Counted from the first letter of the stretch, positions 1 through 14,040 are shown. The stretch: DNA of 64,000 nt from Octopus vulgaris (GCA_951406725.2 OX597824.1:60574001-60638000); one strand, 5' to 3'. A program made the numbers and translations. The notes: generated from the letters alone by a model not told the origin.

Positions 1-100
1 CTTAAATTAATGTTATATTATAATGCTTAACCTTTAAATTATATAAGATAGAAAAATCAGAATTGTTAATTGAAGAATCCCGTCTTTCAGTATATATATA

Positions 101-308
101 TACTCTTTTACTTGTTTCAGTCATTTGACTGCGGCCATGCTGGAGCACCACCTTTAGTCGAGCAAATCGACCCCGGGACTTATTCTTTGTAAGCCCAGTA
201 CTTATTCTATCGTTCTCTTTTTGCCGGACCGCTAAGTGACGAGGACGTAAACACACCAGCATCGGTTTTCAAGCGATGGTGGGGGGACAAACACAGACAC
301 AAACATAT

Positions 309-339
<31 letters not shown>

Positions 340-503
340 CATATATACGACAGGCTTCTTTCAGTTTCCGTCTACCAAATCCACTCACAAGGCATTGGTC
401 GGCCCGAGGCTATAGCAGAAGACACTTGCCCAAGATGCCACGCAGTGGGACTGAACCCTGAACCATGTGGTTGGTAAGCAAGCTACTTACCACACAGCCA
501 CTC
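101..503 (-). mobile_element. tRNA-derived SINE family A, full-length copy
   Basis: Minus strand has A-box-like TGGCTGTGTGG and B-box GGTTCAGTCCC, an internal (TA)/(TG) tract and a ...CTGAAACAAGTAAAAGAGTA tail; near-identical copies at 19432, 26815 and 60570. Confidence 0.9.
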
Positions 504-889
504 ATATATATATATTGTTACAATTCGTACTTCAGTCATAGAGACAAACAAAAGTGTTAAAGATCTAGTGTGCAACATTACTACCACGAGTATTATCAAA
601 ATGTAACGACGATGATTGAATAGGGAGATGCAGTGGAGAAATGTCTACGGAGCAAAATTATGAAGATGTCTATTTAATATGAACTATGACCTCGTTACCA
701 GATAAAATTCATGACGTCGCCGCGTCGTTGTGTGTACACATTGTTTGTAAATGCAGTAACATATATTTTGTGAATCTATGGTTCATTTTGTGTGGAAGCT
801 AGCTTCATCCCTGTGCTGCTAGAGAAAGAGAGAAAGAGAGAATAACAGTGTCTTTATAAATAGAGTGGTAAGACTATTCTCGCACATTG

Positions 890-3800
890 CTTAAGGGCCT
901 TGGAACAGGGGGTGCAGGTGGTGCAGTTGCACCTCCAAAAACTTTTAGGAGGTGAAAATCAAAATGTGGATCCCCCACATACCTTTGCCAGGTTCAGAAA
1001 ATAGTGTCAAAAAATTGATCTGTAAAAGTTGCTTGAACCACCACCAAATTCACAGTAGAAACAGCCCTTACAGTCGCAGAGTTGCTCTAGAATTTGACCG
1101 AAACCCAGAAGTTATCCAGGTATCCACCAGGTATAATAGTAAAATCAACAGCCGTAAACCATATAACCACAATCGTATTCAACAGTGCAGTCATAACAGC
1201 TTCGGGGAACAACCCCTTCCAAAGCAAGAAAATTCTTTTACGGCTATGATGAATCTGGCAAAAAAAAATTAAAATCGATCGTCTAGCTCTCACACAGCAC
1301 CAGCCACAACTATTACCCCAGGGCACAAGCACACACCATCGGTGTCATTAACCCGCTAATCCCTTCTGTGCAATTTCTTAATCTGTTTGACTGCTAAGTT
1401 ACGGAGACGTAAAAACACCAACTGCGGTTGTTAAACGATGGAGGGGGACAAACACAGACACACAGACACACACACGCACACACACACATATGTACGACGA
1501 GCTTCTTTCAGCTTCCGTCTACCGAATCCACTCACAAGGCTTTGGTCGGCCCAAGGCTATAGTAGAAGACACTTGCCCAAGGTGCTACGCTGTGGGACTG
1601 AACTCAGAACTGCCTTCCTCTCTCAACTACCTTCCGTTTATCCCTCTGTCCGTCTCTGTCAACTACCAACCGTCTATCTTTATTCCCTTCTATCCCATCT
1701 TTCTATCCTTCTCCAGTGCCCTCTTGTCACATCTTTAGAACATATGCACCATTATTTTCCTTCTTTTTTGTTAGTTTTCGTTCATGTAGCGTCCCACATT
1801 TTGAAATACTTGCAATTTGTAGTTTTACTGCTTATGTTTACTTCGCTTGATATATTTCCGATATTAAACATTTTAACACACAAAATATACTTCACATTAT
1901 TACATATACTATACGTTACTCGTTCAATTCAAATAAAAAAATACTCAAATGTGTATCATACTGTTTTTAGTTTTTCGAACAGTGATGAATTTTAAAGTTA
2001 AATAAAAAATAGTCAATTTTTCTATGTGATAACTATGTCAAACAAAGAAGTTTTAATAAATTAATCAAAAATAATTAAGAGTAACTCAACTTTTCTAATA
2101 TGATATTGTTGATCTGCTTGCACTTTTTTACTTTTTTACTTTATTATCAGCACTGTGTACTATGTCAATTCCACCAGAAGCAAAAGTGAAGAAAATTTCA
2201 GATTTCTTCAGTACAGCATCATGTCAAGAGTATGCAGCACCTTTGGAGATCGCAGAGATGTAATCCAGTGAAAAATATGAATGCTAAAGCACTTCCAACA
2301 TGTCAAGTTACATCGAAATTTTGCACGTCATAGTAACAATTTGTGCCTGCATTCAACTTACCCAAAGATTCAAAGAAACGCTCATACTGCCAGTCTGGTT
2401 CAAGAAAGCCCTGTAGCTTCATTGTAATACTCAACATGATGCTGTAATCTGCTTATATTGCCTGGAAGGGTAACAAGAAGTAGCTTCACCACTATCAAAT
2501 ATTATTTTCAAAGCGGTCAGATTCTGTGGTAGGCAAGGCCTAGCATTACAAGGCATGAATATGATAGAGGAATCTTCATATATCTCGTAAAAGAACTTGC
2601 CAAAGAATGCCATGCAGAAGTAAGTCAGTGGCTTAAACGTCGAGATAATTTTCCATCTGATATCATCCAAAATGAAATCCTACCGGCATATGTTCATAAC
2701 ATTCTGCATGAGATCAGAAAAAAAGTTGAAGATTCCATGTCTATTGGTATTATATGTGATAGCATCACTGATTGCTCTGGCATGGAACAGGAATCAATCA
2801 TTGACTGTTATGTTTCTGAAGACCTTGATGCTTACAAAGATTTTCTCGAGTTTCATAATCCTCCTGACTGCTCGTCAGAGATACTAAGGTTATTATGGAC
2901 GCTTTTTGCCGCTTAAACATTTTGCTTGACTCAAAATTATGCTGCTTTTCCTTTGATGGTGCAAGTACATTTAATGGTACAAGTTGATTGGAAGCATTTC
3001 AAGCATGCAAAAGAGATGAAAAGGCATGTTCCCTGGTACATATTTTGTACATTGCAGTAACCACTCTCTGGACCTTGTCCTCCTAGAAGTTGGATCTACG
3101 GTTGCCATTGTAGCTGATGCACGAAACTTTGTTCATCAATGCGCCATTCTTCTGAAAGAGTCACCAAAAAGAAAAGCGCAATGGACAAACTTTTGTCGTG
3201 GGAAGGACATGTTGCAAGCCATATATCCAACTCGTTGATGCATTAGAGCAACATCACTGAAACGGGCGGTAAAGCAACTATAAGAAGATTAAGGATTTCT
3301 TGCTGGAGCTTCTAAATAATACAACAAAGGCTACTGTCAAAAGACTGCTGAAACAATTTGGCAAAGCTTCCAGTTTATTTGGTATTAAGATGGCTGGGTA
3401 TGTATTTGCAATATGTGAATTCGTGGCTAGTAGCTTAAAAAATCCAGGCACAACAACCGGTGACTACTAAAGTTATTATGGACAGATTATTCTATATACA
3501 TAATGTAAAAAAAAAAATGAGTGATAAGAGTGCGGCCATGCTGGAGCACCGCCTTGAAGGGTTTTAGTCGAACAAATCGACCCCAGAACTCTCTTTCAAA
3601 AATAAGAAGTGAGAAAGTTTTTGAAAACTATTTCGGCGAAATATCCTCTGCCGACTTTCTGAAAATGCCTAACACTTTTCGTTCCAAGAATACACCACTA
3701 CGTTTCAGACGTATAACAACTACTCTCTCTGTTATCGATGGCTGACTTCGGCAGTTTTTCAGCATCATTAATAGCGTCGAAAATTAATTGAATCGCCGCT

Positions 3801-4330
3801 TTCAGCAAGATAGGCTGTGTATATAATCTGAGTGAGAGGATTTGCAGTTATCGGCAGTCAGCCGTGGGACGTTTGAGTTTGCAAATGCCTATTAGCCTTC
3901 TTCATTTTACTCGCCCTCACTGTCATCACAAAACAAACTCCTTGCTGGCCGTGGTCAGAAATAAAAAAAACTTTGCCCAAATAATTGCGTGAGATCATCG
4001 AAAAATGGAGAGCTTCGACGCTGTTCTAATAACTGTTGATACTATTGCAGCTTATTCTGTCTCGTACATATGGAAAAGTGCTTCTAATCATTCCAAAATA
4101 TTTTTACACTCGTTTTGGCAATTAAACTTTCCATGAGGATGTGCAAAGCACTTTCATTGCACAAGTTTTTAGGCACGTGCATTATGGCACAGTGTGTTAT
4201 ACGGTGCTGCGTCATTGTGGTACGGAGCCAGGTCGTCAAACTGCGAAGTGCGCTGAACAATCTCTCGCTTGCAGCTTATTCTGTCTTTGCATCAATCGAG
4301 AGAACGTTCAACGCACTTCGCCGTTTGTAT
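890..4330 (+). mobile_element. Decayed hAT transposon (ZMYM1-like transposase pseudogene), interrupted by SINE fragments
   Basis: Frameshifted hAT motifs: CGRQGLALQG (~2526), D..TD.SG.EQ.SI (~2760), FDGAS (~2952), FVHCSNHSLDLVL (~3045), SIERTFNALRRL dimerisation motif (~4290); GC-rich terminus-like sequence at ~895-935; right end not found. Confidence 0.75.
1385..1610 (-). mobile_element. SINE family A, partial
   Basis: Matches the core of 101-503. Confidence 0.85.
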
Positions 4331-4506
4331 ATGTATGTTGTGGGGGTTGTGTTGTATTTGCATGTTTGTGTGTGTATGTGTGGGTGTGTTTGTGTGAATG
4401 TGATTTGTGATTGTCAGAGTGGTGTGTAGGTGTGTGCATGTACGTGTTTACGTATGTGTGTATGTGCGTGTGAGTGTTGGTTATGGTTGCTGGAATCGTA
4501 TTGCAA

Positions 4507-4558
<52 letters not shown>

Positions 4559-4570
4559 TTAGGTTTTGAA

Positions 4571-4632
4571 AAACCACCAGAAGAATGTCTCAAAGATGTG
4601 CTGAAATAAGACATGAAACGATCGTAGTGATT
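4571..4632 (+). ncRNA. Type I hammerhead motif, core mutated (U4A), in PLE-like tail 4330-4820
   Basis: AACCAC-CAGAAGA-ATGTCT..AGACAT-GAAA-CGATCG-TA-GTGATT; helix II 6 bp, palindromic helix III. Confidence 0.7.
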
Positions 4633-4821
4633 ATTTATAATTGTTAAATTTCTAAATTTATATAAATTATTTTATGTATTGGCTTAAGTCTTTCTTTGTT
4701 TGATTTGCATAATAGTGGTTTTGTCTCTAATTTAATATAATATAATATTTTACTATAAAATTGGATTCAATCCTAAATCTGATTTTTCCCTGTAAATTTG
4801 GATTTATTCCCTAATATTTAT

Positions 4822-4862
<41 letters not shown>

Positions 4863-4933
4863 TTTTTTCTTTGAATGTGTGTAGGTTTGTGCTCTAGTGT
4901 GGGGATATTGTGTTTGTGCGTGTGTGAGAAAGG

Positions 4934-5135
4934 ATGATAGTCCACTGTCAACAATTGAGGGATCCCACCACAAGACAGATAACACTTAGTGGGCACTTAG
5001 ATCTCTGTGCACAAAACAAGTCCCCTAAATTCCTAGTTTTCCCACTATACCAATGCCCGGATAACACCAGTGACCAAACACGAATAAATAGGGGAAATAA
5101 TCTTATTAAAAAATACAGACCACAACTCAACATAC
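4934..5135 (+). pseudogene. Penelope-like element GIY-YIG endonuclease, C-terminal fragment
   Basis: HCQQLRDPTTRQITLSGHLDLCA..PKFLVFPLY..R..LIKKYRPQLN resembles PLE endonuclease C-termini ending in P.LN. Confidence 0.7.
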
Positions 5136-5268
5136 TCTAACATACCCCACCAGGTACACATCCGAAACAAACACACACAGAAACGCATACAGATGTACAA
5201 AATCACACATACACACAAATACAATGCAAACCTCCCACGCAAACACACACACACACACACATATACAC

Positions 5269-5305
<37 letters not shown>

Positions 5306-5419
5306 GTGTGTGTTTGTGTGTGTTATATTATATTATCTATATATGTATTCTATATATATGTTATATAATTATTTGTATTTATACTATATATATGTATTAG
5401 ATTACATGGTGGTTTCTTC

Positions 5420-5990
5420 ATGGTGGCGAGGAGAGTGTTATATGTCTACATGGCAGCATCGGTGGTATGTTGAAATTGGAAAACCCGAACCATATAGGGA
5501 TCCCATGCTTCTGTCTTCCCTTGCAATTACTTTGCTGTCCTTAAATGGTCGGACAGACATTCGATTGTCAGGCCCACCTAATCCTCCTTTTCTTCTGGAT
5601 CTGGTGCTTCCTCCTCCTCTTCGCTAGCAGACTTAGTTAACTCCAACAAATTTTCGTCTGTCAGGATTTCAGTGTGGGCATCGATGGGATTGTTGACCAC
5701 ATCTTGCGTGATGTCAAAACCTTCGCCTCCAAGAATCTTTATCAATTTCACCGCATTGTTGACAGCCTCGTAGTCCTGGACACACTCTGGTCACACCTTT
5801 TTCCTGCATGCGATGATGGCTTCTTTTTTCATGTCTTTAAGAGCAGCGTGGAAGACTGACAGGCACGTTGCGATCGTAAGGTTACGCCAGAAATCCTTTA
5901 ACTTGAACTTCTCGTCCGAATTCATTGCATCCACAAGATGTTAGAGAGAGTTCCGAGTGTAAAGAGTCTTGATTGAAGGCCACGCATCCA
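5420..5990 (-). mobile_element. Tigger/pogo transposase C-terminal remnant
   Basis: Minus-strand translation LKDFWRNLTIATCL..ALKDMKKEAIIAC.KKV*PECVQDY..GGEGFD..LTDENLLEL, followed by an acidic tail. Confidence 0.75.
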
Positions 5991-6029
5991 TTTTCAAGTA
6001 AGTTTATGATATATAATATATATATATAT

Positions 6030-6613
6030 ATATATTTAAAATAAAATACAAAATGGGACAAGAGCGCAAAACACCCGGACAACTAGGTGATACAAAAAGG
6101 GACAACAAAACATCCAGATAGACGACACAAAAAAGCAAGGACGGGTCATTCGAAGCCTTTTATCTTCAGTCAAGAACCGGATCAACCTCGCAATTTCGGC
6201 TGATTAATCTTGAGATTGCTCCAATCTGGCCAGACCCAAGGAAAAAATACGCTAAAAGCATTAGATTCCTTGGAAAAAAGCATCGAATGTATACGAAAAC
6301 AAGGACGGAAAAACAGACGTTGTTACACGAATATAAATACAAAAATACAATAAAAATAACAATAATAATAATAACAGGACATAACAACGGGTGTCTTTCG
6401 ACTTGGGGCGAGTTGAATTCAGCTGGCATGTGTGGAAATGAAGCCTTACGGCAGAGGGAAGGATATGGATGTGGCAGTGACCGTGGTCAGACGCAAAAGG
6501 GCTAGCAGTCGGCCAACGGTCACGTAAGAAGAGAAGAAAGAGAGAAAAAGAGGAACAAAGGAATTAAGGAGGGGGAGAAGAGAGAGAGAGTGTGTAGAAG
6601 TAGATAGACGTAA

Positions 6614-6671
<58 letters not shown>

Positions 6672-7000
6672 GTAAGAGACGCAAGTGTATGTACGCTGCT
6701 ATATTTTATATAAAAAATACAAAAATAGGACAAGAACTCAAAACATCCAGACTGTTAGGTGAAACAAAAGAAAAAGGAAAACAAAATATCCAGACAGGAC
6801 GATACAAGGAAAACAAGGACGGATCATTCGGCGTTTTCTATCCTCAGTCGAGTTCCAGATTATCTTTGCAATTTCGACTGGAGATTGCTCCAATCTGGCC
6901 AGCCCCAAAGAAAAATAAGCTAAGAGCATTACATACCTTGGAAGAAAGCATCGAATGTATACGAAAAAAGGACGAAAAAAACCCCAGAAATGTTACACAT
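6030..7000 (-). repeat. Tandem pair of ~700-bp non-coding repeat monomers (family T)
   Basis: Monomer 6030-6700 followed by a diverged partial monomer 6710-7000; homologous to 61488-63308. Confidence 0.8.
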
Positions 7001-7213
7001 ATATAAATATATATTATATGAATATTATGTATATTATATATTTTATTTATATGTCATATATATCACCTATATATATTATTTATATATATATATATTATAT
7101 ACATTGCATATAATATATATATATATTGCCAATATATTATATATATTAAATATATATTATATATGTATTATGTGTGTATATATATACATATATATACATA
7201 TATACATACATAC

Positions 7214-7261
<48 letters not shown>

Positions 7262-7276
7262 TATATATATTATAAA

Positions 7277-7649
7277 TCTCTCTCTATATAAACGGCAGTT
7301 TGTCTGTGCGTTTTCTGTGTGTCTGTTTTCTCGTACCCTCACTCTGACCACGGCTTTCAACCGATTCTGATGAAACTTGACACACACATAGCCCAATGTC
7401 ATAATTCAAAACTAACGCAGCGAAAATTTTGAAAAGTTCCCCCAGTTCTGAAAAAAATCGATAAATTCGACATGGGGTCGAGAATCAGAAACCCAAACCA
7501 CAGACCGTCTAGGGGACGCAACTCCACCTTTTTTAACTCTGAAAAAAAATTTACCATCATTTTTTTTCTATTTTTTGGCTATAACTCTCTAAAAATGCTT
7601 TATAGTTATTTCCCTTACAAACCTGAGCAACGCCGGGCGATACTGCTAG
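7277..7649 (+). mobile_element. Non-autonomous Helitron
   Basis: Starts TC after A; ends with hairpin-like CCTGAGCAACGCCGGG, then CTAG followed by T; no TSD. Confidence 0.8.
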
Positions 7650-7890
7650 TATATCATAAATACATATATTATAGATATGTAAGTAATATTCGTAGCCACT
7701 TGAACATAGCTATCCTTTCGAACGGACTGTACTTCGATTTTTTAACCTCAAGAGGACATCTGTAGCTGGTTAACGATGCACAGTTGCATAGGACACAATT
7801 GGGAGGTGGGGGATACAACGCCTACCATCGGCTAGCACTGATCTCTGAGAGAGGTTTTAGAACTAGCAATTTTGCTTCTACATACATACA

Positions 7891-7922
<32 letters not shown>

Positions 7923-8349
7923 CACATACATACACACATACACGCACGCACACACACACATACATGCACACATATATAAATAGGTAGATGTGTGTGTGTG
8001 ATTCGCAAATGCTAGAGACTGAGGTTCAGAACATTTGAGAGATAAACCAATGCACAGAACAAAGGACAATGTTTCAGCAATTACTAAACCAAAATAGTCA
8101 GTGCTTGGCTGGAAAGATTACAGCTGACACTCATGTGGTGTGTTGGGTGAGTAGAGAACGAGTTGGTGGTGGTGGTGGAGGCGGAGCTTGAGGAGTGCAA
8201 AAAAATTCTGGACGGCAATAACCCGGATATTGCCACATAATACGCAACTACTGGAGAATATGATTCTGTCAGACGATACTAAGATGGGTAATACAGATAA
8301 CTTCCTGTTTCGGTACATTCTGAAATGAGTAAACATCTCTAGATATATA

Positions 8350-8565
8350 CTAGGGAGTGCTGAAAAGTTCCTGGCTTTGGGTAAAAAACAAAAAAAATTC
8401 ATGAGGATCAGTTCATTGTGGTTTTTATTCAGCATACGCCCCTCCTAGAGTCAAACATTGCTGTGATTCTTCAGTTTTTCTAAATCCTGTAAAAGAACTC
8501 GGAAGCTTGGGCATCCTACCTTTCGCGGCACCCTTAACGCCAGAAACCTTTCACTACCCCCGTGA
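8350..8565. mobile_element. Mariner-like MITE
   Basis: Imperfect terminal inverted repeats GGGAGTGCTGAAAAGTTCCTGGC and GCCAGAAACCTTTCACTACCCC. Confidence 0.55.
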
Positions 8566-8577
8566 TTGTAATATATG

Positions 8578-8622
<45 letters not shown>

Positions 8623-8685
8623 ATAAAAATGGTAAGACAACAAAAGAAAGAAAGAGACCTCGAAATTATGTGAAGAGAGGAATTT

Positions 8686-8891
8686 ATTTGTAAATGTAAT
8701 ATGTGACAATTATTCGGTAGCCATGATAAAACTCCGAGTTTCGGATGCTGAGGTGGAAATCCACGCCGCCATCTCTTTAGTTATTCCGATGGCCGGATAA
8801 CTGAAGAGATGGCGGCGTGGATTTCCCCCTCGGCATCCGAAACTCGGAGTTTTATCATGGCTACCGAATAATTGTCACATATTACATTTAC

Positions 8892-8896
<5 letters not shown>
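8686..8896. repeat. ~100-bp-arm inverted repeat made of two PLE pLTR-like copies
   Basis: 8686-8784 is the reverse complement of 8797-8896 with few mismatches. Confidence 0.9.
8796..8856 (+). ncRNA. Type I hammerhead ribozyme, intact core
   Basis: GATAA-CTGAAGA-GATG..CATCC-GAAA-CTCGGAG-TT-TTATC; helix I GATAA/TTATC, GUU site. Confidence 0.75.
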
Positions 8897-8938
<42 letters not shown>

Positions 8939-9023
8939 ATCCAAACAAGAAAGCACAAAAAACACAACAACGCGAGGACGTGGAACAAATATAGTATTAT
9001 TGGACACTCAGGAAAGAAGGAGG

Positions 9024-9058
9024 GTTTAACGTTTCGAGCGGAGCTCTTCGTCGGAAAC
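9024..9058 (-). ncRNA. Minimal hammerhead motif, core U4C, in PLE-like tail 8935-9125
   Basis: Minus strand GTTT-CCGACGA-A-GAGC-TCC-GCTC-GAAA-CG-TT-AAAC. Confidence 0.65.
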
Positions 9059-9197
9059 ATAGGAGAAGGAAAGATCCAGAGAAGGGAAGACAGAGGAAAA
9101 AATCGCCAACGGTACACACGCGGTATATATATATATATATATATATACATACATGCATGCGTACATACATACATACATACATACATACATACATACA

Positions 9198-9262
<65 letters not shown>

Positions 9263-10064
9263 TCATGTAAATTCGACATGGGCGATTCTTTCTTGTCTTC
9301 GGATTCACGGTCAAACGGGTGGGTGGAATTGCGCGAAAAATGACACAGTTGTGTAGAATGATCCAGTGGTGATGCTGAGCTTTGTATTTTTTCATACCTC
9401 CAATGGTTACCGAGGTAATCTACTATAATGATACTCTTGTGTTTATGAATGAGAAAGGAAGGGGTGATAGAGGAATAAGGAAGGAAGGGTTGATGTCATA
9501 CTTGGTAGTGGGATGGTGAAAATTGTATGCTTAGAAAATTAAATCAAACAGCGTTTCAACTTTATGTGAATATATGTGTGCATGTGAAAGGCGGGGGGTG
9601 GGTGTTTGAATGTGTGTGTGTGTGTGTATACGTGTAGGTGTATTTGTATATGTGTGTGCGTGCGCGCGCGCAGTGGAAGTGGGATGGTTCATCGTTGTTT
9701 GCTTAGCATTTGGGTCTATTTTTTGATTTGGTTGAATCTTGGTTGTTTTTTTTTGTTGGTCAGTTATTTTTAGCGTTTTGACAGAAAAAAGTAATTTGAA
9801 GCGGTGAATCTTTATGTTTAGAGCAATATTATTTATCTTTAATAAAAAAACAAACAAAATAAATCCAGACCGTATTATTGTTTCCAAGGTCAAATTATTC
9901 GTGTATTCAAGTATGGTACAGATTAATCCAGATGTTTGAGCGTGCATTGAGCACACACTCACACAGAGTGTATTTTATATATTAATATATACACATACAT
10001 ACATACATACATAAATACATACATACATACATACATACATACATACATACATACATACGTAAAC

Positions 10065-10390
10065 ATAGTGTAGTTAAGAAGTTTTAGAAGCTCGCTTGCA
10101 ACCATGTTCTTTGCGATTCAGTCTCACTACATAGCACTGTAGGCAAGTGTCTTCTACTATAGCTTCGAGCCGACCAATGTCTCGGGAGTGAATGATGGAA
10201 ACTGTCTGGAAACCCGTCGCATATGTGTGTGTGTGTTTTGTTTTCGTATCTGTTTTCGTGTCTGTCCTCCCACCGCCAAACAACCGGTGTTTGTTTGTTT
10301 ACGCTCCTGTGACTCAGAGGTTACCGACAGAGTAAGTATTATACATGAAAAATCGATTTGTTCGCCTAAACCTTTCAAGGGTTTAAACGA
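10065..10390 (+). mobile_element. SINE family A, diverged copy
   Basis: GGCAAGTGTCTTCTACTATAGC core and tail similarity. Confidence 0.7.
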
Positions 10391-13005
10391 ACAAAAATGT
10401 ATCTGTGTATATATGGTTAAAAAGTGCGATTTGTTTTTTATGAGGTCCCAGTTTCGCTCCCACGGTGAAACATCTTGGTCTAAATCCTCAGGTCGATCCA
10501 TACCTTATGAGTGACATACAGGGTAGTTGGAAACTTTATAGAAGGCCATCGGATGGAATGTACCTTTAAATTCAAAAGCTTGTCTAAAACTGCTTTACGC
10601 TGGGTCTGGTTCAAAATTACGTAATGGGTACACATCTCTGTGGGATACTCAGCCACTTGCACATTAACTCAGGGGAAGGTAATTCATTTGATAGAACAAT
10701 TGAATCCTTATCGTCGAATGACAAGAAATCCAATACCAACAATTCATGTAGAGCGTGAGAAAATTTTCCACAATTAACTTCTTGAGGGGTACGTTTTTTT
10801 AATGTTTTATCTCTCATCCCTTTAATGCTACAGCAACGAGAGTTTAGTATTAATCCTTGTGATTTGGGAAAGGCTTGATTAATATACAAAAATAGGATTT
10901 CTTTCCCTGGTTAAAAACACAACAAAGACATTGTTTCATATTCCTGACGCAGGCTGAGATGACAGTGACATGGAAAAGATTCTTAGCTCCCAAATGCAAA
11001 CAGGAAAAGTAAATGTTCACTGATGTCATCATTGCTGGCAATTTAGGCAAAAACAGTGGAATACTTGATTAAATATCTGACAGCGTAGATCTTCAACTCC
11101 CTAGACTCTGAGTTGAAATTTTAAGGAGGCTGAATTGACCTTTCATTCCCAATTTACTGTAATTCAGTTGAAGCATATACTGCCACCTTCAAAGTAGGAT
11201 GATGTATACAGTGAATAAAGGTATGTTTGGAAAAAGATAATATGGCTACGGTTGGAATGTTAAGCGATTACAATGCATTTTTATTGAATATCTCATTTCG
11301 CCATATTCATTGCCCCTTAGGGGAACCTCAAATTGTCTGCTTATGTTTGTCAACAATCATCTAATATCATACAAGCTATAAACAACAGAACTGCATAAAA
11401 AAATCGGACCAATCAACTGGTCTATTACCCAATTCTTCTGCTCAAATTCGCTGGTGGCAGCAAGCGCGCCGTCACTATTCGGATAAATGAATTACTCGTT
11501 TGTTCAACCAGGCACATGGTAGACACATCAAAAGATGTGTCTATATCATCTCGGTTCGGACCAATCAACTTGTTTAGCAATAGTTCATCCACCTACGCGT
11601 ACTGACATCAACAGACGTATCTCTATCATCTCTTTCCCGACAAATCAACAGGTGCAATAACTGGTTCATCTACACAGATTTATTGGTGTCAACAGATATA
11701 TCAATGTAGGAATTTACTGCTCAGGGTCATTTACCTCTATCAACCATGTGGTTCCTGGCAGTGAGATATTGCCTGCGTGGGTTGGTTTCTCTTAGTTCTT
11801 GTTTCACAAAAAAAAAAAAATGAAAAACAAAAATAAAAAAACATGCAGTGGTCATGAATGGAAGGCCTATCATGGGTTTGCTCGATCAGAGCAGACCTAA
11901 GCTACACAACAACAACAACGACACACCTCCTATCACATGACCATTACCACCACCACCACCTACAACAACAACATCTAGATCAACAGTAAACAACAGCTGC
12001 AGTTAACAATAGCGTTATTGTTATTCTTTACCGCCGACATCACCATCACCACAAAAAAAAATGGAGGAAGTACATCAACAACATCAACTACATCAAAAAC
12101 AACAACACTAACGACAACACTGATGGTTTAAGAAATGGACAGTCTAGCCGCCGTATTACTGCAGTCTTACAGGCGGAAGGTTGCGATATAATGCCAGGAA
12201 ATACAAGCTATGTTGTGCTATCAAACCTGTTCCACCTATCACTTATTATCAGACTGTAACAGTGCTATATTTCAAGTGTTTGTTGAAAATTTGTGCACAA
12301 ATAAATTGGATGGGCAAGTTAAGTGTTTGCTTTCTCAGCTTTCCCTCTCTCTTCAAAAGTCCGATGCCTCACCTGTTACGAAATATTTGCGCCGCTTCTT
12401 CTAACTCGAAACACAATTATTTGTGGATGTGTATGCGCGCGTGTGTGCGTAGGCGCGTGATGGTGGTGGTGGTGGTGGTAATGGTCATGTGCTTCTAAAA
12501 CATCTTATGTAGAAGACGATATAAGCATGTATGCTTGCCTGTATATATATATGTATGTATGTATGCATGTATGTATGTGCATAAATGTGTATGTGTGTGT
12601 GTGTGCGCGCGCGCGCGTGCGTATATATGTATGTATTTATATATGCGTGAATGCATATATGAATGGATATGTATGTTCATGTGTGTGTGTGTGTCTATGC
12701 GCTTATATTCGTACATACATGTACATACATACACGCACGCATGCATGCACGCACGCGTGTGCATGCATTTGTCTTATAACTTATAAAATTGAAATGGTAG
12801 GGCGGAGTATTTTGGGATAAAATGAGAAGGTTGTAAGAGTGTTAGTGTGAGGGAAACGAGGAGGCAGAAGGAAAGTGAGTGATATCAGTGAAGGGGAGAA
12901 TAAAGTTGTGTAAGCGACAAATATGGAGTGGCGGTGGTCTGGTGACTGTCATTCAAGGTTATACACGCGACGCTGCATACGTACTTTCGTACATACATAG
13001 CTACA

Positions 13006-13006
13006 T

Positions 13007-13076
<70 letters not shown>

Positions 13077-13082
13077 GCACAT

Positions 13083-13116
<34 letters not shown>

Positions 13117-13122
13117 GCACAT

Positions 13123-13170
<48 letters not shown>
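13006..13170. repeat. (CA)n microsatellite
   Basis: Direct reading. Confidence 0.95.
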
Positions 13171-13172
<2 letters not shown>

Positions 13173-13372
13173 GCATAACTTTTTCAAACGCAGTGGAAGG
13201 GAAAGAAAGGTCGGTTTGAGAAATACATAGCTTTAAGGGGAGAAGAGGGTTAGTAAGTTGACAACAGTTGTTCACAGGCAGGGTTCCTACTGTTCGTTAA
13301 AAAACAAAACAATCGCACACAGACACAGACAGACAGACACCCGCACAAACACATAATACATACATGCATACG

Positions 13373-13518
13373 CATCTATGGATCAGACTAAACGTATATA
13401 GATTCTTAAAAGGCATGATGCTGCAACTTTTGTGTGAGAGAAAGTTTCTTTGTAGACATGCAAGGTGCATTCAAAGAGTATCCGACCTTTGGGCATAAAA
13501 AATGTACATATCACAAAC
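13373..13518 (+). repeat. 146-bp direct duplication of 14524-14669
   Basis: Identical except one base (GATTCTT vs GATTGTT). Confidence 0.9.
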
Positions 13519-13894
13519 CTTTTTATACATATACTAGTGATGGCTTTAATCACTGATATTCATTTGTTTTATCGATCTCTCTGATATAGGAGGAACAAGA
13601 TTACCGGTTTGAGAGGAAAAGGGAAGTAAATAAAGTGGTGCGATGTGGGTTCGATTCCCACACCCAGAATAATTTAGGACATCTTCATGTAACGCCTTTT
13701 ACAGAGCACAAACCCATACCTGGTTTCTTTCCAAGTACCAGTAATTCCACCTGCTTGAAGCAATTCAAAAGAGAAGCTTTTAAACAACAATGGAACTAGT
13801 TGAACCCACAACTCTCGCCCAGGAATTGTCAGAAAGAATATTGCTCAATCTCATCAGTTGACGCAAGCAAAAGGTTAACTGGTAGACTCGTAAA

Positions 13895-14040
13895 AGTGTT
13901 GGATAGAATGCTTCACTGTATATATTTCCGACTCACTACATGGTAAGTTCAAATCTTACCGAAGCCAACTTTACTATTCATTCTTTCGACGTCGATAAAA
14001 TAGTTCAGTTCTAAGGCGGTAGAAATTTGCCTTAGACTTG
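13895..14040 (+). mobile_element. SINE family B, diverged fragment
   Basis: AGTTCAAATC..GAAGCCAACTTT..TTCATTCTTTCG..GTCGATAAAATA resembles the copies at 58220-59970. Confidence 0.55.

Noticed and set aside
10480-11080. Overlapping minus-strand ORFs in unique-looking sequence
   Set aside because: Short, frameshifted, no motif I can recognise
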